A stretch of DNA of 63,247 bases, the filler included, from Octopus bimaculoides (taxonomy: Eukaryota), in assembly GCF_001194135.2 (NCBI RefSeq). It is 7 parts of 7 records of this genome, joined end to end, with 100 filler letters (N's around TTAATTAATTAA, not from the genome) between each part and the next. Parts side by side here need not be neighbours in the genome. Positions count along the whole stretch, not along the records: positions 1 to 22,006 come from NC_068988.1; positions 22,107 to 38,153 come from NC_068996.1; 5 more parts are not named here. The stretch is one strand, 5' to 3'. Both the position numbers and the translations under genes were made by a program. The notes beneath the pieces were generated by a model that saw nothing but the letters and a program-made list of their open reading frames with translations, ran no database searches and had not been told where the DNA came from. Numbering within the stretch: position 1 is the first letter of the stretch; every line of letters starts with the position of its first letter. Positions 14,217 to 26,384 of the stretch are shown one piece after another.

Positions 14217-14487
14217 TACTCATTATTTATTCCTTCTCCCCTTCCTCCTCTTCCTCCTCCTCTTCCTCCACTTCCTCCTCCACTTCCTCCTCCTCGTCCT
14301 CATCTTCCTCCTCTTCATCCTCCTATTCCTCTTCCTCTTCCTCCTCCACTTCCTCCTCCTCCTCTTCCCCTCCACTTCCACCCCTCCTCTTCCTCTCCAC
14401 TTCCTCCCCCTCCTCTTCCTCCTCCACTTCATCCTCCTCCTCTTCCCCCCTCCACTTCCTCCCCTCCACTTCCTCCTCCTCCTCATC

Positions 14488-14543
<56 letters not shown>

Positions 14544-14690
14544 GAGGCTACTGCTGCTGTTGTTGCTATCTATGCTGCTACTGCTACTGATGCCACTGAG
14601 GCTACTGCCGCCACCTCCACCATCGCCGCCTCCGCCTCTGCTGCCGCCACCTCGACCACCGCTGCCGGCGCCTAACGATTCCTCCCGCTC
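14162..14690. repeat. (AAT)n, (CCT/CTT)n polypyrimidine tract, (CTA)n, (CCG/CCA)n
   Basis: Direct reading. Confidence 0.9.
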
Positions 14691-15027
14691 ACCGACTTAA
14701 TCGTTACAAAAATAACATACGCTGTACGTCGAGTGGATGGTAGGTGACCTGGAACTAAGGCAAAATATCGGCATTAATCTTTCACCGTGGGCAGCCCTAA
14801 ACATCTTCAACAATATCGTTTGTGTCATCACCATAATGTAAACCCTAATATCCGTCATTGTCGTCGTAACAAAAGCCTCCGTCTATGTTCCACATAAAAA
14901 GCTAATACTTGCGTAGGACAGGCAAAACCGGTTAATTTATCTTCGATTCAAGAATTATAATTCTTATTCACACGTCTATGAACAAGTGTTGTTGATGTTC
15001 TCTGCTGCTGTAAAAAGTAACAATGTG

Positions 15028-15347
15028 TAGCAGCGTGGCATAGTGGTTAGGGAATTCGGCTCACAATTGTAAGGTCGTGAGTTTGATTCCTGTAGATGCG
15101 TTTGATTCTTAAGCAAGACACTTTATTTAACGTTGCTTCAGTCCACTCAGCTGGCAAAAATGAGTTGTAACTATAATTCAAAGGCCCATCTTTATCACAC
15201 TTTGTGCCACACTGAATTTCTCTGAGAACTATGTTAAGCATACGCGTGTCTGTGGGGTGCTGAGTCAGTTGCACATTAATTTCACGAGCAGGCTGTTCTG
15301 TTGATTGAATAAGCTGGATCCTCGTCGCTGTGACCGACTGAGTCCCA
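15028..15347 (+). mobile_element. SINE sharing the family C 3' domain but with a different central domain
   Basis: Head gcgtggcatagtggttaggg..gagtttgattcc; centre aagcaagacacttt..cagtccactcagctg; 3' domain gagaacta..ttaatttcacgagcaggctgtt as in family C. Confidence 0.8.
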
Positions 15348-16577
15348 GTTGTTTAAAGTTACAGTAAAATTGAGAAAGATTTTTTTTCCTTCTGAATTTT
15401 CATTTGTTTTTATATATTTTCCCATTTCGATCTAAGTTTTTCAAATTGTGGTGTAATTCCTCTTCGTCCTCTGTTTGTTTTATCTGTTGTAATATTTGAG
15501 ATTTTATGGGAGCGTGCACAAATTGTATTTTCATTTTATTCTTGTCGGCAATTTCACATGAAGACAAAATCATCAATATTGAAAGATCGTGTGTACATCT
15601 GTGTGTGTCTGTGTATGTATATATATATATATGTANNNNNNNNNNNNNNNNNNNNNNNNNNNNNNNNNNNNNNNNNNNNNNNNNNNNNNNNNNNNNNNNN
15701 NNNNNNNNNNNNNNNNNNNNNNNNNNNNNNNNNNNNNNNNNNNNNNNNNNNNNNNNNNNNNNNNNNNNNNNNNNNNNNNNNNNNNNNNNNNNNNNNNNNN
15801 NNNNNNNNNNNNNNNNNNNNNNNNNNNNNNNNNNNNNNNNNNNNNNNNNNNNNNNNNNNNNNNNNNNNNNNNNNNNNNNNNNNNNNNNNNNNNNNNNNNN
15901 NNNNNNNNNNNNNNNNNNNNNNNNNNNNNNNNNNNNNNNNNNNNNNNATATATATATATATATACATATATATATAGGCAAGACACGTAGATGTATTACG
16001 TAATCTGATTATGAAAGTATCAGTCATTGATGTACTGTATGAAGTTGACAACAATACAGGGTTTCAATGCCCGTTTCAGGTTATTGTTCTCCACTTATAA
16101 GAGAAATAGAAGTTTAATTAAGTCGACCGCTTTGCTCAATATTAAGACCAAGCTGAGTATTATATTCTATATCTAATATTCTAACGTAAACTGAATTGTC
16201 AATTATCCATTTGGACATCTGTAAAATATCTAGACGTTACTTGCATTTGAGGTAGTTCTGAATGACAACACCTTTATATGGAACATATTTCAAAATTTCT
16301 CTTTTTCTTTTGGTTATACGTTGTGTTAATTATGAAGTTAACTCTTTGATGATACAGTTGGGTTTTACTAACATCTAAAAATAGTATAATTATTAAGCGT
16401 TGTATAGATATCAAGGTATACCAATATTTATATATGTAACTTGATAAGTGTCCGAAACACACGGCCACATAACCTATATATGCCCGCCAACTATCCGGAA
16501 ACTTAGGTTTTGTTTTCAAGCATTCGAACCAGTGCTTGTAATAATAGGACAGGTTGACGAGAGATTAGCATTATCTA

Positions 16578-16652
16578 AAGAAGAAGAAGAAGAAGAAGAA
16601 GAAGAAGAAGAAGAAGAAGAAGAAGAACAACAACAACAACAACAACAACAAC
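16578..16652. repeat. (GAA)n-(CAA)n compound repeat
   Basis: Direct reading. Confidence 0.95.
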
Positions 16653-17066
16653 ACTAATAACGACTAGAGTAGTATCCAATTTTAAAGCGGTTAAATACTC
16701 CGAGTACTTCTACATCATCATAAAATGCATTCTTTCTCCCATTTGTTCAATCTCTCATAGAAAGAGATTGCATAGTGGAGAAGGTGTAATTTAACGAATT
16801 TATAAGATTGCATACATTATGGTTTACCACTGCATAACAGAGAGAGCTGTGTGTTCTTCCAGTTGTTTGCTGATTTGGTTCTACGCATAAACAATTACTG
16901 ACGGGCCAGCGACAACTGCAACAGCAAAAGCAACTTATGTTCCATAGAACCTGTTATGTAGAGCACACCTGAAATTCGAACAGAATTGAAATGTTTAATT
17001 AGCAGTTTTTGTTCTGACTGTTTATCTTTTGATTAACCCTTGACGCTAATAATTATTTAAAATTAG

Positions 17067-17302
17067 GGCTGCAAGCTGCCAGAATCGTTAGCACGCCGGG
17101 CGAAATGCTTAGCGGTATTTCGCCTGCCGTTAGTTTCTGAGTTCAAATTCCACCGAGGTCGACTTTACCTTTAATTCTTTCGGGTCGATTAAATAAGTAC
17201 CAGTTACGCATTAGGGTCGATGCAATCGCCTTAATCCCTCAGTTTGTCTTTGTTTGTCCCCTCTATGTTAAGCCCCATGTGGGTAATAAAGAAATAAATA
17301 TT
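17067..17302 (+). mobile_element. tRNA-derived SINE, family B
   Basis: gcagaatcgttagcacgccgggcgaaatgcttagcggtatttcg..ctgagttcaaattccaccgaggtcgacttt..aagtaccagtt. Confidence 0.85.
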
Positions 17303-17342
17303 TATTTAAAAACGGTTAATAATAATTTTAATTTTGTCACAA

Positions 17343-17540
17343 TAGCAGCAATTTCGAGAGGAATGGCAAGAGGATTACATTGACTGCAGTACTTGACTGA
17401 GAATTTAATTGACCGACCCAAAAAGGATGAAAGGAAAATTTGACCTCGGAGGAATTTGGACTCGGAAGAATATGTGTAGGAATTAATGCCGCAAAGCATT
17501 CTATCGAATATACTAACAATTCTGCTAGATTCTTGCCCTC
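17343..17540 (-). mobile_element. SINE family B, inverted relative to 17067-17302
   Basis: Reverse complement gcagaattgttag..aatgctttgcggcatt..gagtccaaattcctccgaggtc. Confidence 0.75.
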
Positions 17541-18209
17541 CGACAGTTAATAATTTATCCAAAATAGTCTCAAGACTTGAATTTTTTTAAGGAAGCAAGA
17601 TACTCTATTAGATCTTTCTTCGTATTTGACTGGTGATTCGGAGGGATGAAAAACAAATTTCTATCGCGAATTTTCAATTCAGAGCGTAAAAACCCGGCAC
17701 AAATATCGCAAAATATTGTTTCGGGCGCATTATCTATTCTGCCATTCCGTAAAATAGTTGTTTCTAAATTAGGCAGGACATTTGTCAGAGGAAGGATTAG
17801 GTTTATATCGTCGACTCTAGTATTTGACTGTTCCTTCATTTTGTCGACTCGGATAGGATAAAAAGCAAATTTGGCTTTGACGAAATCTGAACTTTGAGTA
17901 TAAACAGCCAGAACGAACGTTGCAAAATCTTATTTGTTTTTTTTCTTCATGATGTTCTAACAATTTTGCCGTTCAATGGTAACAATAATATGGTCTCTAA
18001 CACTGGCACATTGTCACAATCTTTACCAGAGTGATCTAGAACGGTTATCAAAACTTCTTTTATCTATAGCGTGAGATTGAGAAATAGGGTCATTATGGGG
18101 TGAGATTGAACCAGTAACAGAATTCAGCTTGACATTTTACCTTCCGATTGTGACACAACTAACACCACGGGTTTTAGGAATACGGTTTCACGGAAAATCG
18201 CTATGATCA

Positions 18210-18830
18210 CCGCCTTCGCCACCACAAACATTGTTACCACCACCAACAACACTACCACTAGTGACAACAACAATGATAAACAACAATGATAAACAACAAT
18301 GATAAACAGAACAACAATAACGACGACAACAACCAAAAACAACAGCAAAATAGAAAACAACAGCCGCAACAGCATTAAAAATAATAACTAGCATGAGTAT
18401 GAGAAACTTAGCAACCCAATTATCGCCAATGACAATACACACACCAACGGGATCAACATCAACAACAAGCTCACAAACAAGGAAAATAACAACATTATCA
18501 AAGCAAATAAAACCACGATCGTCATCGCTAAGAGATATTATCACCAATGCAACAGCAACTGTACAATTATCAATAAACATGTTCAACAACGAGTGTGAAT
18601 ACACCGAAGCCGAGAACAACAAGAACAAAACACTAACACCGAAAGCGCCAACATCATCATCATCATCATCATCGTATCCGCCTCATCATCGTCATCATCA
18701 TCAACCAGCAATAGCAACAAAGACACCAACTACAAAAAAAAAACAATAATGGGCAACAGCTCCACCACCAGAGTGACAACGACTAAGAAAGCAGATGCAA
18801 CACCTAACAACGACAACATTTACTACATTT
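18210..18830. repeat. (AAC/CAT)-rich low-complexity tract
   Basis: Direct reading. Confidence 0.85.
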
Positions 18831-19289
18831 AAATCGAAACTAACCATGGCTATATATATATATATTTATATATATATATATATATATNNNNNNNNNNNNN
18901 NNNNNNNNNNNNNNNNNNNNNNNNNNNNNNNNNNNNNNNNNNNNNNNNNNNNNNNNNNNNNNNNNNNNNNNNNNNNNNNNNNNNNNNNNNNNNNNNNNNN
19001 NNNNNNNNNNNNNNNNNNNNNNNNNNNNNNNNNNNNNNNNNNNNNNNNNNNNNNNNNNNNNNNNNNNNNNNNNNNNNNNNNNNNNNNNNNNNNNNNNNNN
19101 NNNNNNNNNNNNNNNNNNNNNNNNNNNNNNNNNNNNNNNNNNNNNNNNNNNNNNNNNNNNNNNNNNNNNNNNNNNNNNNNNNNNNNNNNNNNNNNNNNNN
19201 NNNNNNNNNNNNNNNNNNNNNNNNNNNNTATATATATGCATGTATGTAATTATGTATGTGTATGTGTGAGAGCCCTTAGTCTGTAAAAT

Positions 19290-19420
19290 TGTTTCCCACC
19301 ACCACTTGACAACCTATGTTGTATTTACGTCCCCGCAATCTAGCGGTTCGGCATGCGAAAAGGATAGGCTTAAACATAATAAGTCCTGGGGTCAATCTCT
19401 TCTATTAAAAGCCTTCCAGG
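19290..19420 (+). mobile_element. SINE family A, 3' fragment
   Basis: cacttgacaacc..tttacgtccccg..gcggttcggca..aataagtcctggggtc. Confidence 0.7.
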
Positions 19421-19792
19421 CTTTATTTCAGCATATCTGCGCTCAAATGAATGAAATAAGGGAAGGTTAAAAGAAATATAGATACGAATATGTAATAAAC
19501 AGCATATCTACATTCACCATCACCATCACTACCACCATGAAGGACACTACTATGACTGTATAAACATCATCAACACCACCGCTATCAGTAATAGAGCGAC
19601 CAAATGTACCGGTATCAAGAACACGTCGACGACCAATACAGCTCATATCAAAACCAGCAACAAAGCAACTCCCCACAACAAAACTATCACTGACACCATC
19701 ACAATAAACCCAGTAGCAGAACCAACGACAAGAACAACAACAACAACAACAATGATACCATCGTATCCATGGAAACCATCTAGCACAATGAC

Positions 19793-19865
<73 letters not shown>

Positions 19866-22006
19866 GAGCAACGCATAAACCATCTCTAAGCAGCTTCTAG
19901 AAATTCAACAAACAATGATGAAAATCTCATAAACAATACAATAATAGCATGGCAATACGTACTGCCACAACAGTAACGTATGTATGTTGCAGCCCCATGA
20001 TGAACACAAGAAAATCTACGACCATAACATCATCAATAATAACACAAGCGAAAACAACAAATGCTACAGCAAAAACATATGTCTTGGAAGCCATCTTTCA
20101 AGTGAAACCCAAAACAAAATAACAGAAATCCATTGGCACATATGTATGTTAGCGTGCGTGTGTGTGCGTACGTGTGCCTGTGTGTGTGAACATAACTGTA
20201 CACACGCGCGCACACACACACATATGATTTATAGATATATGTATTATATATAACATATATAACGGGAATTTTATGCATATATGTACATTTGCATATATAC
20301 ATACACACACACACACAACCCCCCCCACACATATATATATATATATATATATANNNNNNNNNNNNNNNNNNNNNNNNNNNNNNNNNNNNNNNNNNNNNNN
20401 NNNNNNNNNNNNNNNNNNNNNNNNNNNNNNNNNNNNNNNNNNNNNNNNNNNNNNNNNNNNNNNNNNNNNNNNNNNNNNNNNNNNNNNNNNNNNNNNNNNN
20501 NNNNNNNNNNNNNNNNNNNNNNNNNNNNNNNNNNNNNNNNNNNNNNNNNNNNNNNNNNNNNNNNNNNNNNNNNNNNNNNNNNNNNNNNNNNNNNNNNNNN
20601 NNNNNNNNNNNNNNNNNNNNNNNNNNNNAGTAAAGCTTTTCCACCGACTTAACGTTGCACGTGATGTTGTAAACGAGTGTTTTAGCTCATTCAAGCAGAA
20701 GATTCTCTAAGAATAGCCTTGACAAATATTCATATGGTGCTATTGATTCTACTTCAACAAGAAGAATTCTAACGCTGCTTTTTCCATTCTGTTCTTTACT
20801 TATTCTTCTTGTTTCTCTTAGTCCCACCACCTCGCCACCACCACCACCAAGCTTCATTTCTTTCAGCATTTCATTCATTCATTCATTCATTCTTCCTTTC
20901 ATTATCTCATTCTTCCCCTCTGCTTTTCCCTTCTGGTGCTTTACTTCATTCCTTCACACACTAAACATTACAAAATGTCGGCCAGAACTAAAGAAGGAAT
21001 ATATGGTATGGAAAATGTTGGCAGAGGAGAAAGACATCTAATATATACTGATTATGGCATAGTGAATATAGATTCAGATTTGACGTACTCAGGGGAAAAA
21101 TGCTCGGTTCTCCCTCCATTTCTCTTTTCATATGCAGCTCCTCCTATCTCTCTTTCACTTCCTCTGTCTCAACCGCCATCACTCACAAATTATTAGATTC
21201 ATACATATATTCTTATATATATACACATAAACGTGACATCACAAATAAGTATTTCTGTTACTCTATATATGTATACATATATATACACACATACACACAC
21301 ACGCACGCATACACACACATATATGCGTGCATATGTGTGTGAGTGTGTATGTGTATACTTAAATATCTTTGTATGTATGTATTAACAACAAATGTGTGCC
21401 TGTATGTGAACGTGGATGTGAGAAATATACTTATTCGCAAACATATGCATTTGTTTATATGCTTGTTTGTCTCAGTCGCTTTCCACCTCTCTTTACTTCA
21501 TTCTCTGTTTCTTTCTCTCTGTCTCTCTCCTTCTCTCTGTCTCTCTCCTTCTCTCTGTCTCTCTGAATATACTTTATATATCTATATATTTATACACACA
21601 CATACGTTTAAGCACCCACGCAAATGTGTTTGTGTGAGTGCATCTGTGTCTGTATGTGTGTTAGTATCAATATCTCTCTCTATATATATATACATATTTG
21701 TACGTGTAGGTGTGTATAATGATAAGTGTTTGTGTGTGAGTTCGTATGTGTTTGAGAGACTTGTATTAACTTGACTTGTTTGTGCAATGTAAACTCCAAG
21801 TAACATAAAATGTATATCATAAAAATGTGCGAGATATCTTGACAATTGCTGCTGTAAATAGAAAATGTTTATTTTATCATTTCACGTGTAATAAAATTGA
21901 TGAAATAACATACGATTGCAAACATGTATTTAAGAAAAAAATATATCTAATTTTATGAGAGGAAGCGTATATAATTAAATATACATACATACATACATAT
22001 ATATAC

Positions 22007-22106
22007 NNNNNNNNNNNNNNNNNNNNNNNNNNNNNNNNNNNNNNNNNNNNTTAATTAATTAANNNNNNNNNNNNNNNNNNNNNNNNNNNNNNNNNNNNNN
22101 NNNNNN
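22007..22106. other. Assembly join spacer N44-TTAATTAATTAA-N44 (not genomic)
   Basis: The same 100-bp pattern occurs six times; the 12-mer gives stops in all six frames. Confidence 0.95.
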
Positions 22107-22180
<74 letters not shown>

Positions 22181-22419
22181 TATATGTATACATATACATG
22201 TATATGTACAGGAGAATTTATATGTACACGTCTATGTATAGATATATATATATAGATATAGATCTATATGCATACATGTATATGTATACATATGTGTAGA
22301 TGTATATATATTGGTGTACATCTAATATGTACTCATATATACACATATATACATGCATAAAGATATCTATACATATATACACCCATACACACACACATAC
22401 ATATGCATACAAACACACA

Positions 22420-24112
22420 CATTAGTCATTTGTTTTCTTATCCAAAACTACGTCAAAAGTACTGAATAGATTTTTGTGAAATTTGGAAATTATATTCTAT
22501 GCATAATGGCCATAACCCCCATGAAAATTCATATATTTTTGATGTTGCTGAAATTTTAACCATACATATTACACACAAATAAAGTAATATTTCTAAAAAA
22601 TTTTCTTCTTAGAAGTTACAAAGACTCCTTCATGGGTACTTCACACCCACATTTTAGTCATTTTTCCTAAGCAAAGACGAATACAGTTGTACCATTGGTA
22701 GCGATAGGGTCACCCGAACATAACAGATGAGCATTATTTGTAATTCAACGGTACAACAGTGTAAGACTACCCTTTCAGATATACTTACATTGTGATTTCT
22801 GCAATGTGGTGCATAAATTGTCAAGTAAATGAGACGCNNNNNNNNNNNNNNNNNNNNNNNNNNNNNNNNNNNNNNNNNNNNNNNNNNNNNNNNNNNNNNN
22901 NNNNNNNNNNNNNNNNNNNNNNNNNNNNNNNNNNNNNNNNNNNNNNNNNNNNNNNNNNNNNNNNNNNNNNNNNNNNNNNNNNNNNNNNNNNNNNNNNNNN
23001 NNNNNNNNNNNNNNNNNNNNNNNNNNNNNNNNNNNNNNNNNNNNNNNNNNNNNNNNNNNNNNNNNNNNNNNNNNNNNNNNNNNNNNNNNNNNNNNNNNNN
23101 NNNNNNNNNNNNNNNNNNNNNNNNNNNNNNNNNNNNNNNNNNNNNNNNNNNNNNNNNNNNNNNNNNNNNNNNNNNNNNNNNNNNNNNNNNNNNNNNNNNN
23201 NNNNNNNNNNNNNNNNNNNNNNNNNNNNNNNNNNNNNNNNNNNNNNNNNNNNNNNNNNNNNNNNNNNNNNNNNNNNNNNNNNNNNNNNNNNNNNNNNNNN
23301 NNNNNNNNNNNNNNNNNNNNNNNNNNNNNNNNNNNNNNNNNNNNNNNNNNNNNNNNNNNNNNNNNNNNNNNNNNNNNNNNNNNNNNNNNNNNNNNNNNNN
23401 NNNNNNNNNNNNNNNNNNNNNNNNNNNNNNNNNNNNNNNNNNNNNNNNNNNNNNNNNNNNNNNNNNNNNNNNNNNNNNNNNNNNNNNNNNNNNNNNNNNN
23501 NNNNNNNNNNNNNNNNNNNNNNNNNNNNNNNNNNNNNNNNNNNNNNNNNNNNNNNNNNNNNNNNNNNNNNNNNNNNNNNNNNNNNNNNNNNNNNNNNNNN
23601 NNNNNNNNNNNNNNNNNNNNNNNNNNNNNNNNNNNNNNNNNNNNNNNNNNNNNNNNNNNNNNNNNNNNNNNNNNNNNNNNNNNNNNNNNNNNNNNNNNNN
23701 NNNNNNNNAAACTATTAAAGTGAGACTATACTCTCACATATATACAGGCATACTATAAGACCCAAGTTAAAAACATTCCCAACAATTCAACTTCTCTGGT
23801 TGACATTAACACTCCCACCCCCAATAGGGACCTTCATTCCCACATTTTAGAGCTCCATGAGCTCCATTTTTCAGGAGCAAAATCTTTTTTACAGGTTCCA
23901 GAAGACTGAAATTTTGGAATATGCGCATAAAGATCAATAGTATGGGATACATGTCTCATGATTAGAATTTTTTTAAGGTGTGTAAAGAACCCTCATGTGC
24001 AATTTTGATGAAATTCGAATCATATGTATTCCAGTTCCTTACAGAAAATATAACAGAAAAGTCTCATTTTTCAATTGCATGTAACTCGGGCAACGCCGGG
24101 TATCTCTGCTAG
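22420..24112 (+). mobile_element. Non-autonomous Helitron-like element (gap inside; 5' boundary approximate)
   Basis: 3' hairpin actcgg-gcaacg-ccgggt (24084-24101) followed 8 nt later by CTAG|T (24109-24113). The 5' part carries aaagtactgaatagatttttgtgaaatttgg, typical of such elements. Confidence 0.65.
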
Positions 24113-24807
24113 TATATGTATATGTGTGTATTTCGATATATGTGCATATAGGTATATGTACACATATATCTAAACAGATATATACATACGTGTTTGCTAT
24201 TGTATGTATGTATATGTATACGTGTTTGTGCATGTAATTGAGTAGGTATTTGTGTATGAGTATGTGTATAACTGTGGATACACTTGTATATGTGCGTGTA
24301 ATTTTCCCCTTTGCTAATCTGTTTCATCACTCTTGTTGTCTACTTCAAAGAGCCCCTGTCAACTGTATCAGAAACATAGTTTGTTTTATTTACAACCCCA
24401 AGTTTCATCCTATCACCTTTTATGAGGTCCAACTCTATCGTACTTTTCCCTCCTACTTCTCCCTCTTTTCTTCTCTTTCCATTTCCCTCCTTCCACTTCT
24501 CCCCTACCTCCTGCCTTTATTCTGTTCCCTACAATGAGTTCATTAATATAAACTTAGTAACAGCTTAAGTTACTCATTCCCCTGCAAACATTAGGTTGCT
24601 TGAGTCGTCTGGCACTGTGTTCTCTTTTGTGAGAAGTTCTAATTGTTAATTTTTATCTTTATTCACCAAAAGAAAACGTGTTTTTTTTTTGGGGGGGGGG
24701 GGTTGCATGATGTAACACTTTTCTTTATCAACAAAGAACTCGCCTGAAACAGCTATAGTGAACCATCACCCATGTATATATAGGAAGTGGTCGGTCAAAG
24801 AGTGACT

Positions 24808-25882
24808 ATTGGTCTTGCACCTATAAAACGCTTAGCAGTATAGGCGACTCGTCAGACTGAAATAGCTGAAGGCGTATAACCAATCTAGAAACTGGAAGAA
24901 GAAATACGTAACGGACAATTGGTTGTGTGGGCAAAAAATAATTGTCCATGTTGCGGGTGGGACGGGTTAGCGGGACACGAATTTTTTTCCCACGAGATTT
25001 CCGGACCCTGGTAATAAACTCATTTGCATATAGCCAATCCAAAGCTCACCTTGAAAATCCACATACTGTGTACTATTACAGTACAGCCAGTCAGACATAG
25101 AAAGGTGTATGTCACTCTGTGAGTACAGCATACCAAGTCTCACGTAAGCACCACAACCCCTAACACCACCACTACCACCACCATCCTTATAGATCAATTG
25201 AGCGCCATCTCTATATGGAACTAGCATTAGGTACCAATGTTCAGACTGAGATTAGTGATATTGCTTGTACCCATTGATATATGCAAGGAGGGCGCAATAC
25301 GACACAACACCATATTGATTACGATGTTTCCAGATCAACACCAACATTTTAAATTAGGAATGTACAAAATCAGACAAACAATTAGGAAACTACACTCATT
25401 TACATTTTCTAATAAATTACGCAAATTGGCAACACTTATGGCATCATCGGTGAACAGCTCTCCATTCACTTTATACACTAAATTTCATATTTGTCACCCC
25501 TATTGACCCGTTTAGAACAGTTAGATTTTGCTATAAACGCACATTTTCCACTGAACTCAACCAGAGTATTTTCCTGTCTAGGTGGACACTAGTTTGATAG
25601 TTGAGCTCTGATCGGTTGTATACAAATGAGTTCATAACTGGTATCCGGAACTCTCGTGATAAAAAAATTTCGCTACTGGAACGGGGTAGCGGGATGGGGT
25701 TAGCGGGGCGGAGTTATCCCCCTTACATTGGTTCCTTGTAATATTACCATGTATCTCGTCCCACCTGCAGCACAGACAATTATTTTTGTTTACAAAACCA
25801 AATGACCGTGACAAATTTCTTCCTTCAGCCATTTGAGTTTGACGAGTTACACTGCTAAGCGCTTTATAGGTGTGAAACCAAT
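24808..25882. mobile_element. ~1.07-kb non-autonomous element with ~250-bp diverged terminal inverted repeats
   Basis: cacctataaaacgcttagcagt / actgctaagcgctttataggtg at the ends; homology continues inward to about 25052 / 25600. Confidence 0.75.
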
Positions 25883-26095
25883 TACTAGCCATAGCTTAGC
25901 CTTATAGACGGCTCTTCAGGCTCTAATGATCATAGCGTTTTTCTATCTCCAGTTTGAAAAGAGGTTATATGCCTGACGAATTATATGACCGGCCATATAA
26001 TTAACTTCCTATAAAATATAAATGCGTGTATGTGTGTGCGTGTGTGTATGTGCGCGTTTGTGTGTGTGAGCGTACGTGCGTGCGTGCGTGCGTGC

Positions 26096-26193
<98 letters not shown>

Positions 26194-26219
26194 TTGAAAT
26201 TTATAGAAAAACAAGAGAC

Positions 26220-26345
26220 GAAAACAGATGTATGAACAACAAGCAGGTGTATTAGTTTGACGCTCGGGAAAATGAAAAAGTCTTTTACGTTTCGAGCCTA
26301 GGCTCTTCAACACAAAGGACTAAGAGAAAATAAACTGAGAGAGAA
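26220..26345 (-). mobile_element. Penelope-like terminal-repeat fragment containing a degenerate minimal hammerhead motif
   Basis: gtccttt-GTGTTGA-A-GAGCC-TA-GGCTC-GAAA-CGTA-aaagac on the minus strand (26320-26279). Confidence 0.5.
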
Positions 26346-26384
26346 TGAAAAAAAAACTTGAAGATTTAGCAGTCAAGCATTTAT

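Noticed and set aside
20936-21196. Protein-looking ORF MSARTKEGIYGMENVGRGERHLIYTDYG..
   Set aside because: Short, no family recognised, runs into low-complexity sequence, no splice support.
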